DNA of 64,000 nucleotides, taken from the NCBI RefSeq assembly GCF_000737315.1, contig NZ_JMCB01000023.1, positions 124,001 to 188,000 on the forward strand, written 5' to 3'. Positions 9,096 to 18,889 of the stretch are shown here, in pieces. Position 1 is the stretch's first letter, and every line of letters begins with the position of its first letter. The translations under genes and the position numbers were made by a program. Origin of the DNA: Hyalangium minutum. Lineage in GTDB: Bacteria > Myxococcota > Myxococcia > Myxococcales > Myxococcaceae. Under the pieces are notes generated by a model. It had not been told where the DNA came from. It ran no database searches and worked only from the letters and a program-made list of their open reading frames with translations.

Positions 9096-10235
9096 TCAGA
9101 GCCCGTACAGCTTGGAGATGATCTCCTTCATGATCTCCGAAGTACCACCGCCGATGGTGATGAGGCGCACGTCACGCCACGCCCGCGCCACCGGCGTCTC
9201 CTCGATGTAGCCCATGCCTCCGAAGAACTGCTGGCAGTCGTAGGCCACCTTCTGCGCCAGATCCCCAGCGAATAGCTTCGCCATGGAGATCTCCTTCACC
9301 GGGTTCTCCTTCGCGTCGTATAGCGCCACCGCGTGGTACGTCAGCCGCTTCGCCGCCTCGATCGCCGTCAGGTGCTCCACGAACTTGTGCCGCCACACCT
9401 GGAACTTGATCAGCGGCTTCCCAAACGCCTCGCGCTCGTTGCCGTACCGGATCGAGTCCTCCACCATTCGCTCCATCCCCGACACCGCCGTGATCGCTCC
9501 CACCAGGCGCTCGCCCTGGAAGTTCGTCATGATGTGGTAGAAGCCCTCGTTCTCCTCCCCAATCACATACCGGCGAGGAATCCGGCAGTCCTCGAAGTAC
9601 AGGATCGCCGTGTCCGAAGACAGGTTGCCCACCTTGTCCAGCTTCTTCGACACCGAGAAGCCCTTCACATCCGTCGGGAACGTCACCAGGGAAATACCGC
9701 CGTACCCCGCCTCGCCCGTGCGCACTCCCAGCGTGATGAAGTCCGCCCGCGTCCCGTTCGTGATCCACATCTTCGAGCCGTTGATGACGTAGTCATCCCC
9801 GTCCCGCCGCGCCGTCGTCTTGATGTTCGCCACGTCCGAGCCCGCGCCCGGCTCGCTCACACCCAGCGCCGCGATCCGCTCGCCCTTCAGCGCCGGCTCG
9901 AGGAACTCTCGCTTCTGCTCGTCCGTCCCCAGCTCGTTGATGATCGGCGTCGCCATCTGGCTCTGCACCAGCAGCGCCATGTTCACGCCCGCGTTCTGGC
10001 TCCGCGTCAGCTCCTCCGAGAACGCCGTCACGAACCAGTAGTCCAGCCCGCTCCCGCCGTACTTCGGATCGTGGTTGATCCCCAGGAACCCCAGCTCCCC
10101 CGCCTGCTTGAAGATCTCCCGCGGGAAGATGCCCGCTCGATCCCACTCCAGCGAGTGCGGCGTCAGCTCCTTCTCGACCCAGGCTCGCACCGTCTTGCGA
10201 AAGGCCTCATGCTCCTCGGTGAACGGGTTGATCAT
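9096..10235 (-). CDS. Acyl-CoA dehydrogenase
   Basis: [51 protein letters not shown]. Confidence 0.95.
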   Translation of the reverse strand: MINPFTEEHEAFRKTVRAWVEKELTPHSLEWDRAGIFPREIFKQAGELGFLGINHDPKYGGSGLDYWFVTAFSEELTRSQNAGVNMALLVQSQMATPIINELGTDEQKREFLEPALKGERIAALGVSEPGAGSDVANIKTTARRDGDDYVINGSKMWITNGTRADFITLGVRTGEAGYGGISLVTFPTDVKGFSVSKKLDKVGNLSSDTAILYFEDCRIPRRYVIGEENEGFYHIMTNFQGERLVGAITAVSGMERMVEDSIRYGNEREAFGKPLIKFQVWRHKFVEHLTAIEAAKRLTYHAVALYDAKENPVKEISMAKLFAGDLAQKVAYDCQQFFGGMGYIEETPVARAWRDVRLITIGGGTSEIMKEIISKLYGL

Positions 10236-10316
10236 TCGCGGGCTCCTCCAAAGGATTGATTTTCCAGTCAATAGCAGGCGTCCCGCGCGTGAACAAGCAT
10301 CCTTCCCCGCCCTTCC

Positions 10317-11402
10317 ATGCCCACCAGCGCTCCCCTCCTCCTGCTTCTCGGGCTGACGGCCGCCGCCCCGCCCGCGCCCCCCTCCACCGCCGAGCAGCTG
10401 CGCACCGTCTGCCGCACCCAGGGAGGAGATCCTCGCAACCCTTGGGCCCTGGCCCACGGCATCGTCCTGGAGGGGCGAAACTTCCGAGCCCGTGACGGCC
10501 GGCTGGCAGCGGAGGTCATCGTCTCGGACTTCCTGCGCCGCGATGGCTCCCCGGGAGGCCGGGGGCTGTACTTCGAGCCCTTCGCCGCCGACGGCACACC
10601 CGTGGAGCCCCACCCCGCCCTGCAGGTGAAGACGCTGCTGCTGGCGGGCTTCTCCGCGAGCCGGAAGTTCCAGGCCTCGGGCGGCTCCGTGACGCTGGGG
10701 GCGCTCGTGGAGGAGCTGAAGCGGGACTTCCGTCCGGAGCTGGCCTCCTCACCCGAGGGCGCCTGGACGCTCGACGCTCTGGCGCAGGTGCTCCCCCCCG
10801 GAGCGGCCTTCCGCACCGGCTCCGGGGAGACGGTCCGCATCGACGCGATGATGGACGAGGCACTCGCCACGCTGGAGCGCGCGCACGAGGACCTGGCCGC
10901 CGGCATGAGGGCCGGGCTGCCTCAAGTCCCCAAGCAGAAGCAGGGCATCTACACACACCCGTGCGGAGGCTTGCACTTCTTCCAAGCCGTCACGAGCTGG
11001 GCCCGTCACCCCGCTGTCCGCAAAGCGTGGGGAGCACGGCTGGACACGCAGGTGGACGTGCTCGTGTACCGGCTCGGCTCGGAGGCCCGCCAGTACGAGG
11101 CCGCGCTCTCGGAAGCCCCGAGCACGTACCGGCTCCCTCTGCTCTCCCAGTCCCTCAAGTTCTATGGCCACTTCCTGGAGACGCTCGGCCGCTACCGGCG
11201 CGAGACCGGCTGGAGCCCCACGCCTCCTCAGCGGCAGGCGGTGACGCGGGCGCATCAGCTCCTCGAAGCCACGGTCCGCAGGCTCGGCGAGGCCGGTGCC
11301 TGGCGCGAGCTGGAGACGCTCCAAAAGGAGCAGCCCCAGCTCTACCTGGACCTCGTGGGCGACGCATGCCACGCGGCACACGGGCTCGCCGAGTGGAAGT
11401 GA
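10317..11402 (+). CDS. Hypothetical secreted protein
   Basis: Signal peptide; 361 aa with GC3-biased codons; motifs [32 protein letters not shown]. Confidence 0.8.
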   Translation: MPTSAPLLLLLGLTAAAPPAPPSTAEQLRTVCRTQGGDPRNPWALAHGIVLEGRNFRARDGRLAAEVIVSDFLRRDGSPGGRGLYFEPFAADGTPVEPHPALQVKTLLLAGFSASRKFQASGGSVTLGALVEELKRDFRPELASSPEGAWTLDALAQVLPPGAAFRTGSGETVRIDAMMDEALATLERAHEDLAAGMRAGLPQVPKQKQGIYTHPCGGLHFFQAVTSWARHPAVRKAWGARLDTQVDVLVYRLGSEARQYEAALSEAPSTYRLPLLSQSLKFYGHFLETLGRYRRETGWSPTPPQRQAVTRAHQLLEATVRRLGEAGAWRELETLQKEQPQLYLDLVGDACHAAHGLAEWK

Positions 11403-11440
11403 GCAACCTGTCCCCGCTCACTCACCCGCCCCCTCCCAGC

Positions 11441-13189
11441 TCAGGACGAAGGAGGCGATTGGCCTCCCGGCTCCCCTCGGGACCGTCCAGCCCTGAACCG
11501 ATGCAGCATTTCGAGCCAACGGCTCCCACGCCGGCGGACCTCGAACAGCGAGCCATAGAAGAGCCGCTCCGCACGCAGGCGCAGCAGATCCGCGCGCAGT
11601 TCCAGAGGCGAGGCGACGCGGATCCGTCCCTGCTCGAAGGCCTCGGTCATGGCGCGGCGCTGGAGCTTGCCGCTGCTCGTCTTCAGGATCTGCCCGTAGC
11701 GGATGAACAGCACGTCCTGCAGCGCCACCGTGACGCCCACAGCCTCCAGGATCGCCGAGCACACCTGCTGCTGGCTCTGAGCCCGCCGCTCCAGCACCGA
11801 GGGAGAGTGGACCTCGGCCAGCACCACCATCCTTCCCTGCGTTTGGATCACCACCGACCGGCCAGGGCGGATGAACGGCAGCCGCTCGATGGCCTGCTCG
11901 AAGTCACTGGAGAAGTAGCTCTGCCCGTTGATCTTGATCCGATCGTTGACGCGGCCGGTGATGAACAGCTCCCCGCCGTCCACGAAGCCCAGATCGCCCG
12001 TGGCGTAGAAGCCCTCCTCGCCCCGCAGCGGGCGCTCGTCGGCGTAGTACGCGTCCGCGAGGCTTCCCCCTCGCAGCTCGATCTCGCCCAGCTCGCGCTC
12101 GCCGCACACGCGCCCGTCCTCGGTGCGCAGCCGCAGCTGGAACTCGCTCAGCGGCGGCCCGAGCGAGATGGCTGACTGGCCATTGGGAGCCGTGACGACC
12201 CGGCCGCCCTCGGGGCCCGCGCAGGAGACCATCAGCACGGCCTCGGCCATGCCGTAGCAGGGCTTGATCGCGCTGCGCCGCAGCCCCCGAGGCCCCATCA
12301 ACGCCATGAAGCGCTCCAGGTTGGGGATGTTGATGGGCTCGCTGCCCAGGTAGATGGCCCGCAGCGAGCTCAGCTCCAGGCGCGCCAGCTCCTCCTCGTC
12401 CAGCTCGGCCAGGTACTTCAGCGAGTAGTCGATCGCGAAGTTGGGGATGACGGCCAGCGTGCCGCGGTTCCGCGACATGAACTCCAGCCAGCCCATCGGG
12501 TCCAAAAGAAATGACGAGGGCTGCGAGATGTGGATGTCACAGCCGCCGTACACGCAAGCCAGCAGCCCGCCCACCAGCCCCATGTCGTGGTACAGCGGCA
12601 GCCAGCTGCACCCGCGATCGGCCGAGCTGAAGCCCATGTGGCCGGTGATCATCCGCAGGTTGGCGGTCAGGTTCCCCCAGGTAATGGGCACGCCCTTCGG
12701 GAACGCCGTGGAGCCCGAGGAGAACTGCACGAAGGCCAGCTCTTGCGGAGCAGGCTCTCGCAGCCGCCCTCCCTCCGCCCGGACTCCCGTCGGAGGAAGC
12801 GCCACACGCCGCAGCGGCAGCTCCAGCCCCTTCAAGCTCGGTGAATCCAACAGCAGGGACACGCCATGGCGCTCGGAGATCCGCGAGAGAAAGTCCCGGT
12901 AGGCCTGCTTCGGAGTGCTGAGGATGTAGGGCTTCACCGAGAGCGGCAGCGCCCCCAGCTCCAGCAACCCCAGGAAGGAGAGGACCACCGCCTCCGAGGT
13001 CTCGAACGGAAAGAGGATCTTGTCCCCGGGCTTCACGCCCTGCTGCCGAAAGTGCTCCGCGCAGCCCACGATCCGGGCGGGCAGCTCTCCATACGTGAGG
13101 GCCACAGGAGGATCCGCGAAGTCCTCAGAGAGGTACACGCCCCGCGAGGCCTCGGCCGTGGAGATGCGCGTGAAGAGGCTGTCGGACAT
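11441..13189 (-). CDS. Fatty acyl-AMP ligase (FAAL)
   Basis: FVQFSSGSTAFPKGV, SWLPLYHDMGL, CYGMAEA, ATGDLGF, KTSSGKLQR; in operon with an ACP. Confidence 0.9.
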   Translation of the reverse strand: MSDSLFTRISTAEASRGVYLSEDFADPPVALTYGELPARIVGCAEHFRQQGVKPGDKILFPFETSEAVVLSFLGLLELGALPLSVKPYILSTPKQAYRDFLSRISERHGVSLLLDSPSLKGLELPLRRVALPPTGVRAEGGRLREPAPQELAFVQFSSGSTAFPKGVPITWGNLTANLRMITGHMGFSSADRGCSWLPLYHDMGLVGGLLACVYGGCDIHISQPSSFLLDPMGWLEFMSRNRGTLAVIPNFAIDYSLKYLAELDEEELARLELSSLRAIYLGSEPINIPNLERFMALMGPRGLRRSAIKPCYGMAEAVLMVSCAGPEGGRVVTAPNGQSAISLGPPLSEFQLRLRTEDGRVCGERELGEIELRGGSLADAYYADERPLRGEEGFYATGDLGFVDGGELFITGRVNDRIKINGQSYFSSDFEQAIERLPFIRPGRSVVIQTQGRMVVLAEVHSPSVLERRAQSQQQVCSAILEAVGVTVALQDVLFIRYGQILKTSSGKLQRRAMTEAFEQGRIRVASPLELRADLLRLRAERLFYGSLFEVRRRGSRWLEMLHRFRAGRSRGEPGGQSPPSS

Positions 13190-13204
13190 GGTGCCAGCTC
13201 CTCC

Positions 13205-13633
13205 TCAGGACTTCGGAAGGCGCGCCGCCTCCAGGAACTCCTGCACGGAGCACAGGGAGCGATCCGCCGCGCGCACGAACCCGGCCTGGACATGCGCCTC
13301 CACCGCCACCTGGCGCGCGGTCCCCACCAGGATCTTCTGGTGGAAGCGCACGCGGTAGTTCACCGCCTCCGCGTCGCCCAGCTCCTCCGGCGTGGGCTCC
13401 TCCAGGTGCGTCCAGATCACCACGTCCGGCGGTGAGATCTCCTTGAGGTAGTCCACCTCGACGCGCAGCGTGAGCCCAATGACCGCAGCGCCCTGGCGCA
13501 TGCCATTCTGCTCCAGCCACGCCCAGCGTCCGGTCTCCAAGTACTCGAGCACCGTCGCGTTGTTCACGTGCCCCAGGCTGTCCAGATCGTTGGGGCGCAC
13601 GCGCAGCGTCAGGGAGGAGTCTTCAAGGCGCAC
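13205..13633 (-). CDS. Hotdog-fold acyl-thioesterase (4HBT family)
   Basis: VRPNDLDSLGHVNNATVLEYLETGRW. Confidence 0.9.
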   Translation of the reverse strand: MRLEDSSLTLRVRPNDLDSLGHVNNATVLEYLETGRWAWLEQNGMRQGAAVIGLTLRVEVDYLKEISPPDVVIWTHLEEPTPEELGDAEAVNYRVRFHQKILVGTARQVAVEAHVQAGFVRAADRSLCSVQEFLEAARLPKS

Positions 13634-13636
13634 GGT

Positions 13637-13999
13637 TCAGCTCGTGGAGACGATGACAACGGTGGAGACGAAGCCACCGCTGTGGGAGATGGAGAGCAGC
13701 GCCTGCCAGCCGCGCTGTTCCAGGTGCTCGTGCAGCGGGCCGTGGAAGCGAAAACGGGGCGCGTGACGCTCGTCGTGGACGACCTCGGCGTCCGTCCAGT
13801 GCCAGCCCTCGATGGCCGGCAGCGCCTTGAACAGGGCCTCCTTGCAGGAGAAGCCCGCCGCGAGGCTCTCGATCGGAGCCACGCTCTGACGGAAGCGCTC
13901 CGTCTCCTGCTCCGTGAAGAACACGCCCGGCGTCCACAGGTGCTCCACGTCCTTCAACTCGTAGAGCGCCTGCAGATCGTGCCCCAGGCCCATCAGCAC
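13637..13999 (-). CDS. acpS: AcpS-type 4'-phosphopantetheinyl transferase
   Basis: GLGHDL, FT..E, FSCKEALFKAL, LSISHSGG; start overlaps upstream stop. Confidence 0.85.
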   Translation of the reverse strand: MLMGLGHDLQALYELKDVEHLWTPGVFFTEQETERFRQSVAPIESLAAGFSCKEALFKALPAIEGWHWTDAEVVHDERHAPRFRFHGPLHEHLEQRGWQALLSISHSGGFVSTVVIVSTS

Positions 14000-14994
14000 C
14001 CGACCAGCTCCATCCACTGATCCTCAACCTGCTCGGCGGAAGCACAGGAGATGCCGGTGATGCGCTTGAGGGAGTGGAGGATGAGCGAGCGCTTGCGCTC
14101 GATCATCTCGGGGGCCACCGCGGCCTCGCCCGCCACGGCGTCCAGGTGATCCCACCAGTTGGTGTGCGTGGTGCGCGTCTCCACGTGCGCGCGCGCGCTG
14201 CCGTAGAGCTCGCCCCCGTCCCGCAGGAAGAAGTGGGCCACCGCGAAGCACTCCTTCATCGCGTACGCCCCGCTGTCCACCAGCGCCTTGGCGAACGAGG
14301 TGAAGTACTGCATGTGCTGCACCTCGTCCGCCCCCACGTGCTTGAGCAGCAGCTTGAGCCCCGGATCCTTCGCCCGCCGCCCATATTGGCCGTAGTTCAC
14401 CGCCGCGATGCCCTCGGAGAACGACAGCATCGTCACCGTGCGCAGCAGATCATCGTCCGGGAACACCTTGCGCTGGTCGATGACCGTCGCGTCATCGAAC
14501 GGCGCGAAGCCCAGCATCCGCGCCAGCTGGCTGAACCCCATCTCGTGGTGGCTCTCCTCCTCGTTCCAGTAGCGCGTCCACGTGCCCAGCGACTGGATGA
14601 TGGAGGCCACCACCGGATCCTTCTCCAGGAAGCGCCGGCACTCACTGTCCGCCAAGCGGCTCATGCGATCCGCGCTCGGCTTGGCCGTCATCTCCGCCCG
14701 CCCCGCGCTCCACACCACGAACCGATCCTGCTCGGTGAGCTGATCCAGCTGCACCGCCGACAGCAGTTCCACCGCGCTCCAGCGCCGTGATTCGTGGAGC
14801 CGGTGCTGCTCCCAGGTGATGTCCATCAGCGTCCGGCCCTCTTCCTTGAAGGCCCGGTACAGATCCCGGATCACCCCGGGACGAGACGGCCCGAGCGGCT
14901 CCGAGCTGTCCGCCTCGAGCGGGGGCACTTCGTACAGCCGCGGCTCGGGCCGGGCGACAGCGGGCATCGAGGTACGGCTCACGACGGAACTCAT
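13993..14994 (-). CDS. Ferritin-like diiron enzyme, soluble acyl-ACP desaturase family
   Basis: WTRYWNEEESHHE and HVGADEVQHM parallel the two EXXH boxes of acyl-ACP desaturases (WTRAWTAEENRHG, IAADEKRHE); TGATG coupling to ACP. Confidence 0.75.
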   Translation of the reverse strand: MSSVVSRTSMPAVARPEPRLYEVPPLEADSSEPLGPSRPGVIRDLYRAFKEEGRTLMDITWEQHRLHESRRWSAVELLSAVQLDQLTEQDRFVVWSAGRAEMTAKPSADRMSRLADSECRRFLEKDPVVASIIQSLGTWTRYWNEEESHHEMGFSQLARMLGFAPFDDATVIDQRKVFPDDDLLRTVTMLSFSEGIAAVNYGQYGRRAKDPGLKLLLKHVGADEVQHMQYFTSFAKALVDSGAYAMKECFAVAHFFLRDGGELYGSARAHVETRTTHTNWWDHLDAVAGEAAVAPEMIERKRSLILHSLKRITGISCASAEQVEDQWMELVGC

Positions 14995-15284
14995 CAGGCG
15001 ACCCTCCCCTGCTGGCACTCCTGTACGAACAACTCGACGACCCGCGAGATCGGCGTCTCCAGCGACAGCGCGGGAAGCCGGACCCGAACTCCGTACTGCT
15101 TCCGCAGCGCATTGGAGGCCTTCGCGAACGCCTCCATCAGATCCACGCTGTTGTGCATTTTCTCAGAGCGTGAGATCACTTCCGCCAGGGACAGGTCCTG
15201 TCCGAATAATTCGTCAGGCGATAGAGCCACGTTCTCGCAGAACTTCCGGCAAATGAAGTCCTTCAGATCAGCGACCTCTGCCAT
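14994..15284 (-). CDS. Acyl carrier protein (divergent)
   Basis: 96 aa, helical; NSVDLME resembles the DSLD phosphopantetheine site; first gene of operon with PPTase and FAAL. Confidence 0.75.
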   Translation of the reverse strand: MAEVADLKDFICRKFCENVALSPDELFGQDLSLAEVISRSEKMHNSVDLMEAFAKASNALRKQYGVRVRLPALSLETPISRVVELFVQECQQGRVA

Positions 15285-15336
15285 GGGGGGTCCTCCGCCG
15301 ATGTTCACGACTTCTATGTAGTTTCCGCTAGTTTAA

Positions 15337-15355
15337 GAGGATTGCCAAGATCCTC
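15337..15355. promoter_or_regulatory. Inverted repeat GAGGAT-N7-ATCCTC upstream of the ACP operon
   Basis: Seen in AT-rich intergenic region about 50 bp upstream of the ACP start. Confidence 0.35.
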
Positions 15356-15426
15356 CCCACCTCCTGGGTTCGAACAAAGGGACCCGCCTCTCAGAGTTAT
15401 GAGCTGAACGGGCCCCTCCGAGAGAC

Positions 15427-16599
15427 CTACAACCCCAGCTTCGCCAGCGCATCAGAGGCGAAACCCGCCTCGGAGAGAATCTCCCGGGAGTGCTGCCCAA
15501 GCGTTGGCGGAGGCCTCAAAGGCGTCTCTCCCATGCGCAGGGGTGTGAGCAGGTGCGTCACCTTGAGGCCTCGCTGGGGGTCCTCCACCTCGGCGAAGAG
15601 GCCCCGGGCGCGGTGCTGCGCGTCGGCCAGCACCTCGTCGCCCTCCAGCACGGGCTCGATGCACAAGTCCGTGCCCGCGAAGAGCTGCTGCCAGTGAGCC
15701 AGCGGGTGCTCCGCGAACAGGCGCGCCAGCTCCGCCTTCACCCGCTCGGCGCCCCCGTTCACGTCGTACCCGGACTCGAAGAGGTCCATGCGCCCCAGGC
15801 GCTCGCACAGGCCGGAGAAGAACTTGGGCTCCAGCGCGCCCACCGCCAGCCACCGGTCGTCCTTCGTGCGGTAGAGGCCGTAGCACGCATAGCCGCCGTT
15901 GAGCGCCTCGCGCCCGCGCTGGAGCGGCTGCCCCTGCTCGCCCATGAAGAGCCGCGCGGCCAGGTGCATGTGGAGGAAAGCCATGGAGCCCTCCGTCATG
16001 GACACGTCCACGAAGCGGCCGCGCCCGGTGCGCTCGCGCTCGTGCAGCGCCGCGAGGATGCCCACCAGCGCGAAGAGGCTCCCTCCGCCAATGTCGCCGA
16101 TCTGCACGCCCGGGAAGGCCGGCGCCCCGCCCGCCACTCCGCCGTAGCCGAGCGCCCCCGCACGGGCCACGTAGTTGATGTCATGCCCCGCCTTGAGCCG
16201 GTCCGGCCCCGTCTGCCCGTAGCCGGAGATGGCGCAGTAAATGAGGCGCGGGTTCTCCGCGCGCAGGGCCGCCTCCCCCACCCCGAGCTTGTCCATCACC
16301 CCGGGCCGGAAGCTCTCCACCAGCACGTCGTAGCCGCGCACCAGGCGCTTGAGCGCGTCACGGCCCTCGGGGGACTTGAGGTTGAGCGTGAGGGAGCGCT
16401 TGTTGCGGTTGAGCCCGTAGAAGAGCGCGCTCTCGTCGTCGCGCAGGGGCGGCATCTGGCGGATGTAGTCGCCTCCGTCGGGCTCCTCCACCTTGTCCAC
16501 GGTGGCGCCCAGGTCCGCGAGGACGAGCGTGGCGTAGGGGCCCGGCAGCAGGCGGGACAGATCCAGCACCTTGAGGCCGGTGAGCGGCAGCGAGTTCAT
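15427..16599 (-). CDS. CaiB/BaiF family III CoA-transferase / alpha-methylacyl-CoA racemase
   Basis: LKVLDLSRLLPGPYAT, LNRNKRSL, ESFRPGVMDKLG, GHDINY, GDIGGG. Confidence 0.93.
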   Translation of the reverse strand: MNSLPLTGLKVLDLSRLLPGPYATLVLADLGATVDKVEEPDGGDYIRQMPPLRDDESALFYGLNRNKRSLTLNLKSPEGRDALKRLVRGYDVLVESFRPGVMDKLGVGEAALRAENPRLIYCAISGYGQTGPDRLKAGHDINYVARAGALGYGGVAGGAPAFPGVQIGDIGGGSLFALVGILAALHERERTGRGRFVDVSMTEGSMAFLHMHLAARLFMGEQGQPLQRGREALNGGYACYGLYRTKDDRWLAVGALEPKFFSGLCERLGRMDLFESGYDVNGGAERVKAELARLFAEHPLAHWQQLFAGTDLCIEPVLEGDEVLADAQHRARGLFAEVEDPQRGLKVTHLLTPLRMGETPLRPPPTLGQHSREILSEAGFASDALAKLGL

Positions 16600-16700
16600 G
16601 GTGTTCTCGGGGGGCGGACACGACAGCGGCGCGGCCCCCGGTGGGAGGTCGCGCCGCGGTGAAGGCACCCACGCGGGGCGCCCGAAAGAAACGGAGCGGA

Positions 16701-17027
16701 CTAGCCGAGCAGCTTGGCCAGCTTCATCGCCAAGCCCATGTCCATCGGCTTGAACTTGAGCTTGCCGGACATGGCCGCCATCTGGGCGTTCATCTTCTTC
16801 TCACGGATGGCCACGAAGTCGCCGTTGCTCACCGAGATGGTCATCTTCGGCGTGCCGTTGTGGCCCGAGGACACCCAGTCGGAGGGCTTCGTCAGATCCA
16901 GCGTCCAGTTGCCGCCGCCATCACCCGAGATGTTGAAGTGGATGATCGAATTGATGTCCTTGGCCAGCTCCGGCTTCGCCTGGAGCGCAGCCGGAATCTC
17001 CGTCTCGATGATGTCCTTCGACGTCAT
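16701..17027 (-). CDS. SCP2 sterol/lipid-binding domain protein
   Basis: IHFNISGDGGGNWTLDL, NAQMAAMSGKLKFK..MGLAMKL. Confidence 0.9.
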   Translation of the reverse strand: MTSKDIIETEIPAALQAKPELAKDINSIIHFNISGDGGGNWTLDLTKPSDWVSSGHNGTPKMTISVSNGDFVAIREKKMNAQMAAMSGKLKFKPMDMGLAMKLAKLLG

Positions 17028-17106
17028 GGGTTCCTCCTGGTTGACTTCAGAATCAACGACGGCGGGACCGTAGTGTCGCCCCCACGGGAGGTCAAGCCCC
17101 AGAGGA

Positions 17107-17559
17107 CTACTTCGGCGGCGGAGTCTCTGCCGAAGGCCCCTTGAGGGCGCGGCGCACCATCTCGAGCAGATCGTTGAGCTCGAAGGGCTTGGCCAGGTGG
17201 CCCACGGCGCCAATGTCCTGCGCCTTGGGGCCTACGTTGCGATCGGCGCTCAGGACGATGATGGGGATCTTCGAGAACTCAGGGCGCTGGCGCATGCGCT
17301 GGGCGAACTCCCAGCCGTCCATCACCGGCATCATCAGGTCCAGGAGGATGAGCCGCGGGGGATCCGGCTCCAGCCGGTCCAGCGCCTCCTTGCCGTTGCG
17401 CGCACGGCGGATCTCAAAGCCCTCGGCCTCCAGGATCTCCGAAAGGGCCTCCAGAATGTCCGGGTCGTCGTCCACGACCAGGATGACAGCCGAACCGGTG
17501 TGAGGTGTGTTGTGCGCGGCCAGAAAGTCGTCTCCCGTCGAGGCGCCAGGATTCTCCAT
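17107..17559 (-). CDS. Single-domain response regulator
   Basis: ILVVDDD, LILLDLMMPVMDG, LSA, LAKPF. Confidence 0.92.
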   Translation of the reverse strand: MENPGASTGDDFLAAHNTPHTGSAVILVVDDDPDILEALSEILEAEGFEIRRARNGKEALDRLEPDPPRLILLDLMMPVMDGWEFAQRMRQRPEFSKIPIIVLSADRNVGPKAQDIGAVGHLAKPFELNDLLEMVRRALKGPSAETPPPK

Positions 17560-17677
17560 CAATTCAGCCACTTGGGGCGGAAGAAAATGGCGCCGCTGCC
17601 GTGCGGGCAGGGGCCCGTTGCAAAACCGACAGTCGCTCCCCACTCTTTCCCGTGATCCGTTGGATAGGAGGGAGACG

Positions 17678-18436
17678 ATGGGCCAGGGAGACCACGGAGC
17701 GGACGATACGCCGGAAACCGAGGACATCCTGAGCCAGGTCCGCTACCTGTCGCTGGCCTCGCACGATCTGCGCGGCGCGCTGGCCAACATCCGTTCCTAC
17801 GCGGCCATGCTCCTGGGGGGCCGGATTCCGCTGGACCCCAAGGCCAAGCGCGGCCTGGAGACCATCCTTCGCAACGCGGACCGGGCCCTGTCCTTCGCCC
17901 AGGACTTCTTCGACACCAGCCGCGCTCAGCTGGGCTCGCTGGCCTTCGAGCGGGAGCGCCAGGCGCTCGAGCCCCTGCTCGCTGCCGCCGTGGAGCGCCA
18001 CCGGGCGGCGGCCCAGGCGGCGGAAGTGGCGGTCATACTCGATGGCCATGCGCCCCTGCCGCTGGTGGAGCTGGACGCGGGCCGCATCCAGCATGCGGTG
18101 GAGTCCTTCATCCAGCACCACCTGCTGCGGGCCCAGCCCGGGGAGCGGATCCTCGTGCATGCCATCCCCGAGGGGGATCAGGTGCGGGTGGAGGTGCGCC
18201 GCGAGGGCCTGCCCCTGTCCGAGGAGGACATGGCCCTGGTCTTCTCCCACCAGGAGCGGGCCTTCCGGGAGAAGAAGCTAGAAGACGCGCTGCGCATCCA
18301 CTTGGCCCGCCTGGAGGTGGAGGTGCACGGGGGAAATGTTGGGGTGGAGACGGATGCCACCGGTACCACCCTCTTCTTCACCCTGCCTTCGGTGCTCTCC
18401 GAGGAGCTTGCTCCCCCTGCGAGCGCCCAGCCCTGA
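17678..18436 (+). CDS. Histidine-kinase-like protein with intact H-box and degenerate ATPase domain
   Basis: ASHDLRGALANI H-box; N box reads AVESFIQHH, G1 box reads VRREGLPL, G2 missing. Confidence 0.75.
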   Translation: MGQGDHGADDTPETEDILSQVRYLSLASHDLRGALANIRSYAAMLLGGRIPLDPKAKRGLETILRNADRALSFAQDFFDTSRAQLGSLAFERERQALEPLLAAAVERHRAAAQAAEVAVILDGHAPLPLVELDAGRIQHAVESFIQHHLLRAQPGERILVHAIPEGDQVRVEVRREGLPLSEEDMALVFSHQERAFREKKLEDALRIHLARLEVEVHGGNVGVETDATGTTLFFTLPSVLSEELAPPASAQP

Positions 18437-18510
18437 GGGCCCGTGCCGAGTCACTGGCAACCCGCGCCTTGGGCCGGTATGCTGCTCCGGGTTTCTTTCA
18501 GGAGTGGTCC

Positions 18511-18762
18511 ATGGGCGGTTTGAGAATGCCGGAGCTGTTGCTGATCTTCGGGGCGCTGCTGCTGCTGTTCGGCGGCTCGCGGCTGCCGCAGCTGGGCGCG
18601 TCGCTGGGAAGCGCCATCCGCAACTTCAAGCGCGGCTTCGGCGGTGAGAACAACGAGCAGGCTCCCGCGGAGCAGAAGCCCCAGGGCCAGCCGGGCACGC
18701 TCGCCAGCGCCACCACGGTGGATCCGAACGCCCAGGCGAAGACGCCCAGCCACCAGGGCTGA
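18511..18762 (+). CDS. tatA: Twin-arginine translocase TatA/E
   Basis: ELLLIFGALLLLFGGSRLPQLGASLGSAIRNFK. Confidence 0.95.
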   Translation: MGGLRMPELLLIFGALLLLFGGSRLPQLGASLGSAIRNFKRGFGGENNEQAPAEQKPQGQPGTLASATTVDPNAQAKTPSHQG

Positions 18763-18889
18763 GCCTCTCCCCAGCTTCAGAAGCACAAACGCCCGGCCAC
18801 CTCTCAACAGGTGGGCACGGGCGTCGTTGTTTCCAGGTGCCGGGACTCGGCCCCCCTCTCCGGGGAGGGAGGCCGCCCGCTGCCGCGCC

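Noticed and set aside
15330-15352. Sigma54 promoter for the ACP operon (TTGGCA on minus strand)
   Set aside because: The -12 position reads TTAA rather than TTGC
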